Source: Hemiscyllium ocellatum (lineage: Eukaryota). Taken from it: 64,000 nt of DNA. The DNA lies in NCBI RefSeq assembly GCF_020745735.1, contig NC_083401.1:139063740-139127739 (forward strand), in the 5' to 3' direction. Each line of letters opens with the position of its first letter. Positions within the stretch are counted from its first letter, which is position 1. Shown here one piece after another: positions 40,705 to 53,831 of this stretch. A model generated the notes under the pieces. It made no database searches. It was not told the origin of the DNA and worked only from the letters and a program-made list of their open reading frames with translations. The position numbers were made by a program, and so were the translations under genes.

Positions 40705-43000
40705 GTCATTAATGCTGCTGAGTGTATGTTATAGGCCCCTAAATACTCAGCTGGAAACTAGAGCAGCAGATATATGGACAAATCATGTAGGTGTGTAATA
40801 ATAGGGTCACCTTATGAAAGGATTTCAACTTCGCCAACCCTAATTAGGGTAAACATAGTATAAAGGGGGCAGATTTCTTAAAATCCCTCCTGAATACATT
40901 TCACGTCAAAGACACAGAAGATCCAGTAAGAATGGTGCAGTCTTGCATCTAATTCAGGGGAATGAAATTGAACAAGTGATTGAACTGACACTGGGGCAGC
41001 ATTTTAGCGATAGCAAACACAACACCATATGTTCTAAGTTTGTTATGGAAAAGGAAAGAGATGGCATGCAGAAAAGGATTTTAGATTGGGGAAGGCAGGA
41101 AATGGCCAAAATAGACCAGAAACAGTTTCTTGTGGGGAAATGTACAGCAGAACAGTGAGATGCATTCAAAAAGGAAAAGGGAAGAGTACAGGCCCAATAT
41201 TTTCCCCCTCGGTTGAAATGTTAGAGCAACAATCTCAGAGAGCTTTGGAAGGTTACAAATATTCAGGTCAGAATAAGAAAGAAAAGGGAAGCTATAGGTA
41301 CAACAAAAGCCCTAGGGGAGTATAGAAAGTGCAGGAGGGATCTTAAGAAAGCAATTAGGAGACGAAAGAAGAGGTAGGATAAAACACTGGCAAATAAAGT
41401 TAGGGACAGTCCCACGATATTAAATTTTAAGGGGAATGAGGATAACCAGGAAAAGAGCAGAGTCCTGTAGAAACCAAGAGAGCAATCTGTGCATGAAGCG
41501 AGGACACCAGTTGGGTATTAAATGAATGTTTCATGTGTGTCTTCAGTCAGGAGGAGAACACGGGCATAGAATTCAATGAGAGGAACAGTGAGATTCTTTG
41601 GCAATTATAATGAATTTGGACGCATTGAATTTATTATTACACATATCGAGATACGGTGAAAAGTCTGGATGAGTTGTATCCCAGGCTACTCTGGGAAGGG
41701 AAGGAATTCTGACCCCAATTTTTAATTCCCTTCTTGTCAATTAATTCTTCTGGTTTATAGATGAGGATAGTGCAGTTGAGTAGTTATATGGATTTCAGCA
41801 AAGCTTTTAATGAGGTCCCATGTGGGGAACCGATATAGCAGGTAAAAACTCCTGGGATCTAGGGTAAAGATGGATGCAAAATTAGCTTTATAGCAGGAGA
41901 CAAGAGCTGATCGTAGAAAGCTGTTTATGTGACTGGAGTCTGGTGTCCAGGGGTGCACCACAGGGATCAGTGCTGAGTTCCTCATTGTTTATTGATATAG
42001 ATGAGAATGGAGTAGAGAGGAAGGTGGAGATGAGAAGTAAGTTTGCAGATGACTCGATGGCTGACTGAGTGGGTAATAGTAATGAAAGAGGATTTGAGAT
42101 ACAAGAGGATATAAATAGATTGGTAAGAAAGGACGATCAGTGGTTGATGAAATTTAATACAGAGAAGGAAGGGGTTATGCACTTTGGACAAAGTAACAAA
42201 ACAAGGGAGTATCAATGAATGGTAGGACATTAGGAAACTCAGGGGAACAAAGGTACCTTGGGGTCCTTGTCCACAGATCACTGAAGCGGCAGAATGTGTT
42301 AATTGGGAGGAGAATAATTAAGTTATTTAAGTTAATAGTTAAAAAAGCATGTAAGATACTTGCCTTTATCAGTCATAACATAATTATAAGAGCAATGAGG
42401 TTATGTTGTAGCTTTGGTTAGACCATAGCTGGAGTACTTTGTGTAGTTCTGGTGCTAGAGGAAGGATATGATTGCACTGGAGGGGGTGCAAAGGAGATTC
42501 ACCAGAATGTCACCTGGGTTAGCGCATTTTAGCTGTGCAGAGAGGCTGGATAAGCTTAGGTTTTCTTTGATACAGAAGTTGAGGGGGTGACCTGATTGAG
42601 GCAAATAAGATTGAGGGGCATGGAAAGGGTGGATAGAAAACAGTCCCTTTAGTTGGAAAGGTCAATCAATGAGGGAGCAGAATTTTAAGGTGAAGGCAGA
42701 TTTTACAGTTTGTTTTAATCTTTAATTTGAAGGTTTAGAGGGGATTTGAGGAAAATGTTTCACCCAAAGTGTGGTGGGGTTCTGGAATTCACTGCTTGGG
42801 AGGGTAGCAGCGACAGGAAATGTCTCACTTTAAAAAGTACATGGATGAGGACTTGCAATGTCTTCACATTCAAGGCTATTTGCCAAGTGCTGGAAAGTGG
42901 GGTTGGTGTAAATAGGGTGATTTCTTTTTGGTCAGTACAGATCCCATGAGCTAAAGGGGTGTCTTCTGTACTATACTACTCTATGACTATGACTTTATGA
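40705..43000 (+). mobile_element. Long degraded CR1 LINE (APE through RT to 3' tail)
   Basis: VCYRPPN, DFN and SD.KH endonuclease remnants; DFSKAF, PQGSVL and FADD; tail ctctatgactatgact. Confidence 0.85.
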
Positions 43001-43377
43001 TTATGATCATTGTTGATCTGTTTTATGTTTCAAATTCCCCATTTATATCTATTCTCAATAACCTTGTCTAACAAGAATCCAGCTCGGTCGTAAAAAAAAT
43101 TTAATGATCTTTCTTCCACTGCATTGAGGTGCAGTTCCAAAGTTGCACAGGTGGCATTTAGGATCTTATACACAATTATCAAGACAGCCCTCTCGCTCTC
43201 TCAATGTCAGTAAAACAAGTTCAACCTATCTTCATGAGACCAACCAAATACTCGAGGTACCAATCTTCCAAAGCATCTACAACATACTTTAAGTGAGATC
43301 AAAATTGCACACAACATTCAGGAAATGGCCTCACCAATTCCCAATTTAACAGAAGCATAACAACCTCACTTTTATGA

Positions 43378-43633
43378 AGTTTAAAAAAAATCACACAACA
43401 CCAGGTTATTAACAAACAATCAAGGTATTTTTCAATGTTTAATTTCAGTTACATTACACTGTAAACTTTTGCTATAAATTCTGAGTCTTACAGTTGTGTC
43501 CTCCACAACCACTTGATGAAGGACCGTCGCTCTGAAAGCTAGTGCTTCCAATTAAACCTGTTGGGACTATAACCTGGTGTTGTGTGATTTTTAACTTTGC
43601 ACAGCCCAGTCCAACACTGGCATCTCCAAATCA
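43378..43633 (+). mobile_element. PLE 3' terminus of a third family, with short inverted arm and hammerhead
   Basis: aatcacacaacaccaggttat pairs with ataacctggtgttgtgtgatt. CAC-UUGAUGA-A-GGACC..CUCU-GAAAGCUA-GUG (AGCU palindrome) near 43510-43545; ~35-nt tail; TSD tcacttttatga (43366-43377 and 43634-43645). Confidence 0.82.
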
Positions 43634-43848
43634 TCACTTTTATGATTAATTCCTCATATAAAGGATAGCATCCCATTTGTGGTATTGATTACATACTGTA
43701 CCTGCATACTATCATATCGTGCTTCATTTAATGAATAATTACATTTCTCTACACTTTGGATTTCTGCATTCTCTTTAATAACATGTAATTTTAAAAAAAT
43801 GAACTTCATATTTTGCTGCAGTGCATTCCATTTGCCAGATTTTTTTTA

Positions 43849-43926
43849 AGAGAAAGTGAGGACTGCAGATGCTGGAGATCAGAGCTTAAAAATATGATGC
43901 AGGTCAGACAGCAAAGGAACAGGAAC
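43849..43926 (-). mobile_element. PLE-terminal tail fragment (first family)
   Basis: agaaagtgaggactgcagatgctggagatcagag matches the 3' tail of the 58-61 kb element. Confidence 0.75.
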
Positions 43927-45084
43927 TTGCCTATCAATATTCAACTGCAAAATCATGTTCACAATACCTTTCTTTGTATCGGTTGCAAATTTAGCTATAA
44001 TGCCTTTGCTCTTGAAGTCACTGATGTAAAGCGTAGATTGAGGTCCCAGCATAGATTGCTGTGCAATCCCACTCACCACATCCTGTTAATCAGACAAATA
44101 CTTATTCATGCAAACTGTTTTTCTGCTCATCAGCCAATCTTTTACCCATGCTAATACATATTCCTCTGCACCACAAACATTTATTTTATAAAATAACTTT
44201 TGGTTTGGCATTTTATCAAGTGCCTTCTAGAAATTAAGGTACAACACATCTTCTAGCACTCCTCTATTACAGCATGTTGCTTCTTTAAAATCTAATAAAT
44301 TGATTGAACACAGATTGGAAGGCGGTTTCAGTCTTGGAGTTAAAAGGAAGCTAAGAAATGCAACATTGACAGGAATCCAGAAGACCTTCAAGGAGTGCTC
44401 TTTGGAAGTAATAGCAGCAGGTGGCCAGGGAGTCAAATTCTAGAGGTACAGCACACAACCTGGCAGCCATGTCTCAAAAATTCAGTAACTTCACCTGAGT
44501 GGTCAAGATGGTGAATACACCTTCGAAGTATTTCAAAAGTACTGAACCACAATAGTCTCGAGCTACTCAATGCACCACAGCCATTACAGTCCATAACCCT
44601 CTGGTTTAACATTGACAGTCCATTCCAACCTCACGCACAAGCTACTGACACCAGCCTCACTCAACTACTCGCTGCTTCCACAGAACTCCATCTATTCAGC
44701 TGATACAGGCACATTACCCAAACATAGTATTACACAATGATTGCACGTTTGCTGTCTCTCTTCGGAAAGAGATCACCCACTACCTTTAGGAGCAGAGCAG
44801 AACAGAACAGATAAACAAGTCTTCATTTCCTGTGCCCTTTGCATCAAGTATTGCTGAAAACATTGAGGACTCAGTTACACTCCATCTGCCATTTTGTTGC
44901 TGGTTGGTCTCTAGATCCTCTATGCATCCTGTCCCCATTTCCATTTTTCTTTGCATCAAACTTAGGTACCAACTCTCTCACTTCATCTGAATCAAGCAGC
45001 TAAGGTCTCAATGATCTGGATTGCATTCCACTATTCAATATCAACTTGAAAATGCCCCAGCTATGCTCACGCTCTGCTTCCTGT

Positions 45085-45712
45085 ATAATGTGGGAAAGAG
45101 AAATCGTTCATTTTGGAAAGGAGAACACCACTTAGGTACACATAATCTGGAAGACTAATGGAATGTTGGGCCTTATGTCTAGGGTCTTGGAGTACAGAAA
45201 GTCTTCCAGCGACTGTACAAGGTGCTGGTGAGATCACATCTGGAGGAGTGACTGCAGGTTTGGTCCCTTTTTAAACTTCATTGGAGACAGTTCAGAGAAG
45301 ATTCACTAGGATGATCTGTGGTATGGAGGGTTGGTTTTATGACATAACATTAAACAGTTTGAGACTCCACTCACTGCAGTTTAGAAGAATGAGAGGTGAT
45401 CTCATTGAAATATATGGGATTCTTAAGTGGCTTGATAGGGTAAATGCTGAAAGGATGTTTCCCCTCAGGGGAGGAGTCTAAGACCAGAGGGTGTCAGTTT
45501 AAGACTTAGATAAGGAAGTCGTCATTGGAACGTCTTGCCACAGAGCTGTGGGGGCAGAGATCCTGTGTATATTTAAGGCGGAGATAGATAGAATAATTCT
45601 GTACTGATCAAGAATCTAAGGTTATGGGAAAAGGCAGGAAAGTGGACATGATCCGACTGAATGGCAGAGCAAGCTCGAGGGATCAACCAGACCACTTCTG
45701 GTTCTTATGGTT
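45085..45712 (+). mobile_element. CR1 LINE 3' fragment
   Basis: VQRRFTRMI...RRMRGDLIEIY motif. Confidence 0.82.
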
Positions 45713-46439
45713 TTAACATCTGCTATCCACTAGACAATGTAGCTACAGTTGTTATAAGGTCTTAAAATTAGAGATGCCCAAATTTGATGAGACTAGATAG
45801 AAAATTAAAGACAATGAATGGTGGAATCTACATTTTCCAATACAATATTCAAAAGGTGAAATTCATGATCATTGGAAAATGTGCCCATATTAAACTTAAT
45901 GGAGTTGGGTCACTAAGAGTATGGTGCCAAAATTATTTAAGGGATAATGTGTTTCAGTGAGTTTTTTTTAATTTAATTAGCAGATAATCCCAATTGTTGA
46001 GGGGATATACAAATAAAAGCATTAACATGTCAAAATTAACTGGCTGACACTCAATTTCTTCAAACATGGGTATCTGGAACAAAGCCATAAATATCTGTAG
46101 GCAACTACATTAATCTTTTAAAAACAATCTATTTAGTTTTCAAAAACATACACTAAATACTTGTCACTTGTAAGACTGCTGAACGAAGCAGTCAAATACT
46201 TGAACACTTTCAAAACAAAACCTGCAACTATCAGTGTAGTAAACAACTAATCTGGTTAGATTACATGAAATAAAAGTTCATCACAAACTGCACATTGACA
46301 ACCTGCATTTAAAACAGATATGCCATAAGTTATTGCTGTACTGAAAGTAAATACAATGTTTCAAGTACTTTCAACCAGCAAATTTAATTAACAAAGCTAA
46401 CAGTTCCACAATACACAAAACAAATGAAAATAAAGGACA

Positions 46440-47894
46440 TGAAACTTATTTTAATTTCTTTTATTCTTAACCAAAGGGTCAGAAACTGCCAAAATAGCCC
46501 GATTGATCAAATGGGATAAGGGAGAAACTCATTCAGACTTGGTGTCATCACGCCACAAAATTTGAAGATATCAAATAGGTTTTACCACCAGAGTGCTTGG
46601 TTTTTAAACCCGACAGTTCTTGAAAATATTCATTCATTTAGTTTTTCTTTATTAAAAATCAAAGCTAGAACTCTATTTAAAATAAAAGGCTCAATCGACA
46701 GTAAAATGCTTTTACAGATTTGTACGAACTACTGCGGCTGTCAGGACGATTTACTTAGGAAGCAAAATTAAATGAATTGGATAGCTTTTGAAACCATCTG
46801 CTCAATGTATATGGTCCCAATACTCCTTGCTACTCATTTAGAGATTTTTCACTCAGTAATTTGCTTTTTGTTATCTGCTCTACAATGATCAGCTGTGCTC
46901 TAATTTGTCACTATTAGAGCTTTACTCATCCTTCAATTTCTTTCAAGACATTGTACTTGGGAAATTTTTCAATGAAAGATATTACCATGGAACTGTTAAC
47001 AACAAATTGTAATGGATAATGCAAAAGATTTAGAAGTTTATCATTTGGAACAAACAGAATATTCTGCCTTTGTTTCTTTCTTTAATGGGCTGTGTATGAA
47101 AAATTCTAGCATTATTGATTTAAGTCTGTTTATAAGTTGATGTTCTGGAAGTGGGAGCATTACAATGCAAGACACAAACTTCTCAACATCATGCACCTCA
47201 TCTGAACCTTGTACGGAAGTATTCAAAATTTGGGAGTTGAAAAGAGGAGCTGACTACAGCTTTTATAATGGGAACATAATGTCTCTTACATATTGTCAAA
47301 GGCAAAGGGTTACATTAACTTTGACATATTTGAATAGCATGGAGAAGCCTGGGACATGGCCTGGGCTCCAACATGATCAGACTGAAGTAGACAGCGTTTG
47401 TTACTTGACCATAGAGAAATCATTTTGAAAAGGTCTGACAGGAGCAGCACCAACTAGCTGGGAAACCCGCTCTACGTCACCTAATAAGATTAAGCCAAAC
47501 ATACACGAGGGGAAAATACAAATAGCTTTGAAACAATGAGCTCAAACCATTGTATTTAACTTCTGAAATTTTACGGTTTTTGATATTTTACAGCTTTAAA
47601 AGACATTGCAATAAGTTTTAAATTGAAAAACAACCTAAATTACAGCATTAGGTTTAATGGCAGCTGCACTGTACTTTAAGTATTACAGTATGATTTTAAT
47701 GACGAATGTGCACAAACCATTGCTTGCATACACATTGCCTGTGTACATTTTGTTCTTATGGAGTTTTACTCCCTGGTTAAATAGCATATATCAAAAAGTT
47801 TAATAAAAAATTAGAGCAGTAACGAATTCAGATTGTGATTCTGAAATCCTGCTTCCATTGTCATTTCAAATGAATTTTCTTTCGGGTTCTGTCA
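46440..47894 (-). other. METTL14: Probable METTL14 3' UTR
   Basis: About 1.45 kb free of recognisable repeats downstream of the stop codon, ending at an AATAAA with a GT-rich downstream element. Confidence 0.55.
46460..46465 (-). terminator. Candidate polyadenylation signal AATAAA of METTL14
   Basis: TTTATT on plus, followed on minus by the U/GU-rich tract gtcctttattttcatttgttttgtgtattgtgg. Confidence 0.5.
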
Positions 47895-48199
47895 TCACCG
47901 AGCAAAGCCTCTATGGGCACCTCCGCGTCCTCTGAATCCCCCTCTTTCTCCTCTGAAGTTTCCTCTATTTCTTTCTCTTCCTCTATCTCCACGTCCAGCT
48001 GAAGGTCCACCTCTCCCTCCACCTCTAGAGGCTCCACCTCCTCTATCTGATTTAGATTTTGGAGGTGGCGACTTGGGACGAAGTCTCTCAATCTCCTCTG
48101 TACAACCAGTCAGGTGCACATTTGTACCAGTGAAGTATGAGCTATAGACTTCTGCATTAAAGTTACTGTTTGTAAGACTAGGACCCACAGTGAGCCAAC
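47895..48199 (-). CDS. METTL14: METTL14 terminal coding exon with C-terminal RGG tail
   Basis: Translates (G)[22 protein letters not shown]...[22 protein letters not shown]...RGFAR*. TAG acceptor at 48200-48202; tandem TGA TGA stop. Confidence 0.97.
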
Positions 48200-48809
48200 C
48201 TAAAAACAAGGGATAAAAAGAAAAATTGAAGCAAATGCAAAGTTATCCAAAAATTGTGTAAAAAGTTAAGTTTGAATCAATTATAACACCCAAGTCAAAT
48301 AAAAATATTGTTTTCAAATGTCCAGGAATGAAAGAATAAGTAGTAACTAACTTTTAAATTTACAGCCATTACTTCAAGACAAGGCAATAAATTGATTACA
48401 ATCCAGAGTTTTTAAGGCAACATCAACACTTAACACCATAAATTCCTCGGTTTCCGATTTTTTTCAAAGATATGTATAACTAACAACTGCTACTGAAATA
48501 GCACATGTGATTCAAAAATAATTGAATTTTAGCATGAAGTCTGGCCTAATGATTTGTTAGCCCTGAGTTAGGAGTGCCCAACCTATTTCTGAGAACTAGT
48601 GATAAAAAATTGCCATGTTTGGAAAGATGCACTGAAGTAACACTCACTAGAACAACACTAAAAATTACATTAAATTTATAAAGCCAACATTTCAAAAGAA
48701 ACAGGGACATTTACCTTGCTGCTATCTTGGCAGGTTAAAGTGGTATATTGATTGCTCAGCTTAAAATATGCTTCATTAAAAGGCACTGGAGTGCTGTCAG
48801 CAATACTAT

Positions 48810-49215
48810 TACTGGAATAATAGACAGGTTGAGTAAGTGGACAGAAATCTTGCAGATGGAGGATTATGTGGAAAAAAAATGTAAAGTTGTTCACATTGTC
48901 AGAAAGAATAAAATAGCAAAGTACTGCTTAAATGGAGAAAGCCTGGAATTTCAAGATGTAGAGTGATCTGATGCTCTCATGCACAAGTTCAAGAAGTTAA
49001 TATACAGGTACAGAAAGTAATTGAGGCGGCAAATGGGATGTTATCTCTGTTATAAGAGAAATTCAAAATAAAAGGAAGGATATTATCTTTTGGTTATCTA
49101 GAGAATTAGCGAGCCCAATCTCAATCATTTTGCAGTTTTGGCCTACTTGAAAGAAGATTGTGAATGCACTGTAAATGGTTCAGAGGAGATTATCTAGATT
49201 GAAATCAGAACAAAT
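48810..49215 (+). mobile_element. CR1 LINE fragment in METTL14 intron
   Basis: IDRLSKW...EKKCKVVHI motif. Confidence 0.75.
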
Positions 49216-49254
49216 GCATTATTTTATGTGAAGTGTTTTAAAGAAAGTACATTT

Positions 49255-49440
49255 GTGTTTAATATTTATCCCTCGCTTAACATCACAAACACAAGTTCTA
49301 TTACATTGTTGTTTGAGGGAGGTTGATGAGTGCATATTGGCTGCTGCATTTCCTACACTACAACAGCAACATTTGAAAAAGCACTTAGTTAGTTATAAGT
49401 GCTTTGAGGTATTCAGCAGTCAAGTGAGATATAAATAAAA
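49255..49440 (+). mobile_element. DeuSINE (SacSINE1/AmnSINE1-like) 3' part
   Basis: attacattgttgtttgaggga...attggctgctgcatttcctacactacaacag...aagtgctttgagg resembles the Deu-domain SINE consensus as I recall it. Confidence 0.55.
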
Positions 49441-49952
49441 TTCACTTCTTTATCATTCTAATTTCTAACCCCTCCATTACCTATTTAACAGGAAATAACT
49501 ACAAACCTTATAAAATCCACAATTATCCCAAGTCTTCTTGGGCAGCATTTAACAATCCTGCCACATTACCAGAATCATGAATAGGCAATACATTTAGTCC
49601 AAGGTCAAAGTGGATAAAAGTACTTCAAGTGGTGCTGCTGGATGACTGAGAAGTTAGTTCATTCTTAACCTAATGATTAGTTAAAAAGCAAGATCAAAAT
49701 TACTACCCCAATGGAGATCAACCAAACAGAACACACCACACCCAGAATCTGAAAGTCCTCTGGTCTGTTTGGCTCACTGAGTTATTGATTCAGCTATCAC
49801 AAATGCCCAGGAAAAATGATCTTTGAATGCAACAGTTTTTTCACCAACTATTATAAAAGCTGCATAAAGAAGCAGAATGCGCCTAATATTTCAGAACAAT
49901 GCTTTCAATAATGCTCAGATATCCCCCCCGCAAATAATTTTAAATTCCACAC

Positions 49953-50163
49953 CTGGTCTTATTGTGCTATCCCTTCCAAAAATGTGCAACCTTCTTCGTC
50001 CCAGACAGAAATGTTCAATAATATGAAATATTTCCACTGGTTTTTCGAGATTTCCAATCTCTGGTTCTTCTGTAATTATCAGATCAATGTCCACATTTGC
50101 ATGGATAAAATCACCATCTGTACTTCTACGTACAGTTCCTCTGATACCCATCAGGCAGTGTTC
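49953..50163 (-). CDS. METTL14: METTL14 internal coding exon (211 bp, equivalent to human exon 10)
   Basis: Translates [70 protein letters not shown](G), part of the MT-A70 domain. CAG acceptor, GTGTGG donor, phase 0-1. Confidence 0.97.
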
Positions 50164-52876
50164 CTGAAAAATAAAATTTTCACTACATTAGAAATTAGAT
50201 ATTTCCTAATAAAATAGATTACTGAATTTATATTGAAAGAATGCTGCGAGTGTGTTTTGGGTGCATTTCATTTTGTCATCAAAATGGTTGTCAATCTCCA
50301 TAAATAAAATATTTCATAATAGACATATGTCTCATCCATTAAAGTTTGTAAAGACCAATGTTTATTGGATCTTAGAAATTACAAGTACATAAAGAGGTAT
50401 TCAGCCCAGCCTGTTTGATTTGATTTAAACTTTATTGTCATGTATACACAAGTACAGTGAAAAGTGTATAATGTCCTCACAAATGATACCATCTTAGGTA
50501 CAAGTAGCAATATAATGAAACTGTGCTACAACTTCAGCCGATATATCCTTCCTGGATTGTGATATCTATATTTCAAAGCTCTATGTTAGATGCTCATGAG
50601 CAAAATTCTGTACGAATAAAACATCATTTCTTCCTGAGGGAGCAAAGGGACGTCCTTCTAAACAAAATCAAAATTAACTTCTGACCTATGTCAGTATAAG
50701 TAGAAACAGAGTGCTCCAATTTTATGACTTTAATAATTATGGAATACATAGGCTCAGACCTTCTAGTCAACACTGAAGGAAGTGCACCTGCTGCTGACTT
50801 ATCATTTGATTTTGGAGTCTTTAAACTTCTGATCCTGCCTCAAGCAACAAATAAATTGACAGGCAATGTAGCAAACATAACTGCAGCAAAGCCACACCAT
50901 TATTTTCTGCACAAACTGAAAATACTTCCCTCAGGTTCTGTCTTCAGCTCACTGGTATACATTGGTTGAATTGGGTCATCACCCTCAAGACTGGACAGTC
51001 TTCCCTAAGTGACCACAGGTTGCAGGGAAGTAGGGTGAGGGGTGGGGGGAAAAGAGGATAGGAAGGATGTGTGTTGGGGAGGGGAGGCTAGTTGGGGGTG
51101 GGTTGCATTTTCAGGTACAAGAGCAGTGGAGGAGTTGAACATTGTTGCAATCAGCACTGTGCTTTGACATCCTAACTAAATTACTGAAGTTACATCCTTC
51201 TGACAGCATATGCTAAAAAGTCCAGGTTTTTCTATTTTCGATGATTGTGGGATCAGTTCTCCAGAAACAAAGCAGCAATCCAAGTAGGGCAAGTACTACA
51301 GTTGGAAGTTTAATCTTCCAGCATAATACTGCATGTGCGCAAGTTATGGCTTCCTCAAGATGTTGATGCACATCAATTCTTCATGCTCAGTAATTCACTG
51401 TTGCCCTTCTGGAGAATCAAGCCACTGTGTTCTAAGTACTGATTGTGGAAAGCCGCGCATTAAAATAAATTAGAAACACTGATTTTACTAATAGTTAGCA
51501 GTAATCTAGAGAAAGCAGTTTCTGCAATATTATATACTTTTCACAAACATGTAACTAAAGTAGAAAACTACTTTTATCAGACTATATATTCTGAATCAAA
51601 GTTAAAACTATATTTTGAATTCTATGAATACATCAATAGAGAATCCATTTATTATGCTAAATAAACTGATGTTAATGTTTAACAACTCAAATATCATGTA
51701 CTAAAAGCAGAAGAATTGCTTTAATTAAAATAGATTTTTGATTCAGCTGCACACTGCGGTGAACACTTTCAAACTGAGTATCATTTGTGTTCAGTTAGTT
51801 GCTCTTTTGGTTTTATTCAAATCTGGTGAATTGATGCTGAACATTAAAAATATCTTATTTGCAAGTAAAGTTTTTTTTTGGTGATTTTCCTAAACAGAAT
51901 AACTTTCTCCCATACTACGATCAGGTCGATTTCATTTCTGTACTAAAATGTTTTGCCCTGATAACCAGTTTGAAACTAGATTTTATCCAAAATCTCTTTC
52001 CTGGGAGCATATAACAACATTAGAAACAGCTGGCAACCAACTCTTATTATACTGGGTCTTTTTCCCATGGTCGTTGTGATGGTTATAAACAGTGACATGT
52101 TCCTCCCCACCCCCATGGCAAACTTTTGTATTCTCCACTAGTAAAGCCCCAGCTGAAATTAATAACCTTTCATGAAGGGAACTGCAATTATAAGTTTGCA
52201 CTCCAAAACTAATAGACATGTACTGCTTCTCAGTTAGAAACCTGCATGAGATTTTGTTTGCTTATAAAGAACAGAAAAGACATTTTACAACTAAACAATT
52301 CTTACAGAATTTAATCTAGTTCTTGTCATGCACCTCCACTTAGTAGTAGGACTCATGCAGGGTCAGATTTCAAAAGAAAAAGCATAATTTTATAGCTAGG
52401 AGTTGAATTTTAATTGAGCTGAAATTGTTTTAAAACTAGAGTTCGGAGGTATTGCATGGGGTGTTATTAAGCTACAACATCAGGCAAATGTTGAGGAACA
52501 TGTTTGAATTTTACTGAACCTCATCATTCAAAACTGGATAGTCACTTTCAAGGCCTTTTCCATCCTTCCCACTTTGCATTTCAGTTAGCACAATGGCACA
52601 AGTGAATACCTCTATTCACAACGCTATAAAAGGGCTTCATAAAGCAAATTACGCAAGCGATCAATGCCTTCCATATTATCTCACACCAAAGGCTGTAGGA
52701 ATTGGTGAGGAATTAATTACCCACTCTGAACTGCAATTCTCCATACAGTTCAATTGGACAATAGAAGGAAAAACAGGTGTTTCTTTTTGAATGACTGCAT
52801 GAATTCTGAGCAAACTCAATGAAACAGTTTGGGCTTGCTACAAAATGCTGCTCCCAAGGTCAGACAAGACACTTGC

Positions 52877-52993
52877 CTTTGTTCGTTGGAAGACTGCCTT
52901 TGGGTCCAGGGTTTTCGTTTTTCCAGGATTATTCTTATTGGTTTTGATCCAGCAAATATCTTCACAACGCCTGAAGCCCCACTTGCGAAGGCA
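52877..52993 (-). CDS. METTL14: METTL14 internal coding exon (117 bp, equivalent to human exon 9), GC donor
   Basis: Translates [41 protein letters not shown] acceptor at 52994-52995; donor is AAG|GCAAGT (52871-52876). Not present in this frame in the ORF track. Confidence 0.96.
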
Positions 52994-53831
52994 CTAGAAT
53001 CAATGAAACATGACTTTTGCATTAAAACTAAATCTCTAAAGAGAGGTCTGATAATTGTAAACCACATACTTGAGTAGATTTTGATTTTGTTTTAACTCGG
53101 GAACTTGCCAGTTTAATAAAATGTGACACCTTTCAATAATTTAGCTGTAATGTTGATAAAATGTAGTCAATTGCATCATTTGATCACAATAACAAAATGC
53201 AATTATATTCAAAGCACAACCAGTACACACTTACTTACATAGTATTAAAATCAGAGTAACAAAAATGATCTGGGGAAAAACTGGCTTAAAAGCTTTAAAC
53301 TATGTAAGAATATTAATTCTAAAAAGTCTTTTTAAAAGCAGTTAAAAATGTTAACAATGGCAAAACATGAATCAGGGTTTACGAAAGGAAGGATTTCTTA
53401 GGGTTAATAAGTGTGCAAACTTTAACAAATGTTTGAATAGTGGAGTGTTAATCCCTGCAATATTAATAGATTTTCAGATAAGAAATTCTGTCTATTGATG
53501 ACGACGTATGGCTACTATTTCTTAATAAAGTTTACAAGATATTAATTATCTTGATCAAAAAAATTGACAGAGGATTGTTTTCAATATATAGTTTAACTGA
53601 AAATGCAGAAAAATATCTTCTTGCTATCACAGTTTAAAAAAATTGTGATCAAAATGTTAGACAAGGGACAGCACACTCGAGTGATCAGGGTGAAATGTGT
53701 AATCAGCTCAAGACTCAATATACCCCATCCATTAATGGCAAACAATTGGTTAGCAGTAAACCAGACAAACTGATCATCTGAATAGACCATTTAAGTAAAT
53801 GAAGAGATTTTGTTGTTGATTTACAACTTAC

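Larger units (their letters stand above)
43005..44310 (-). mobile_element. Degraded CR1 LINE with two nested PLE termini
   Basis: SGIAQQSMLGPQ..YISD..IAKFATDTK motif. Confidence 0.72.

Noticed and set aside
47861-48091. Glu-rich 76-aa ORF overlapping the METTL14 RGG tail
   Set aside because: A shifted reading of AGA/GGA-rich codons with a TTG start. The nearby alternative AG acceptors I tested either keep the normal frame or hit a stop.
49915-49952. ORF-track extensions past METTL14 donors (also 53715-53831)
   Set aside because: Intron read-through; homology stops at the splice sites.
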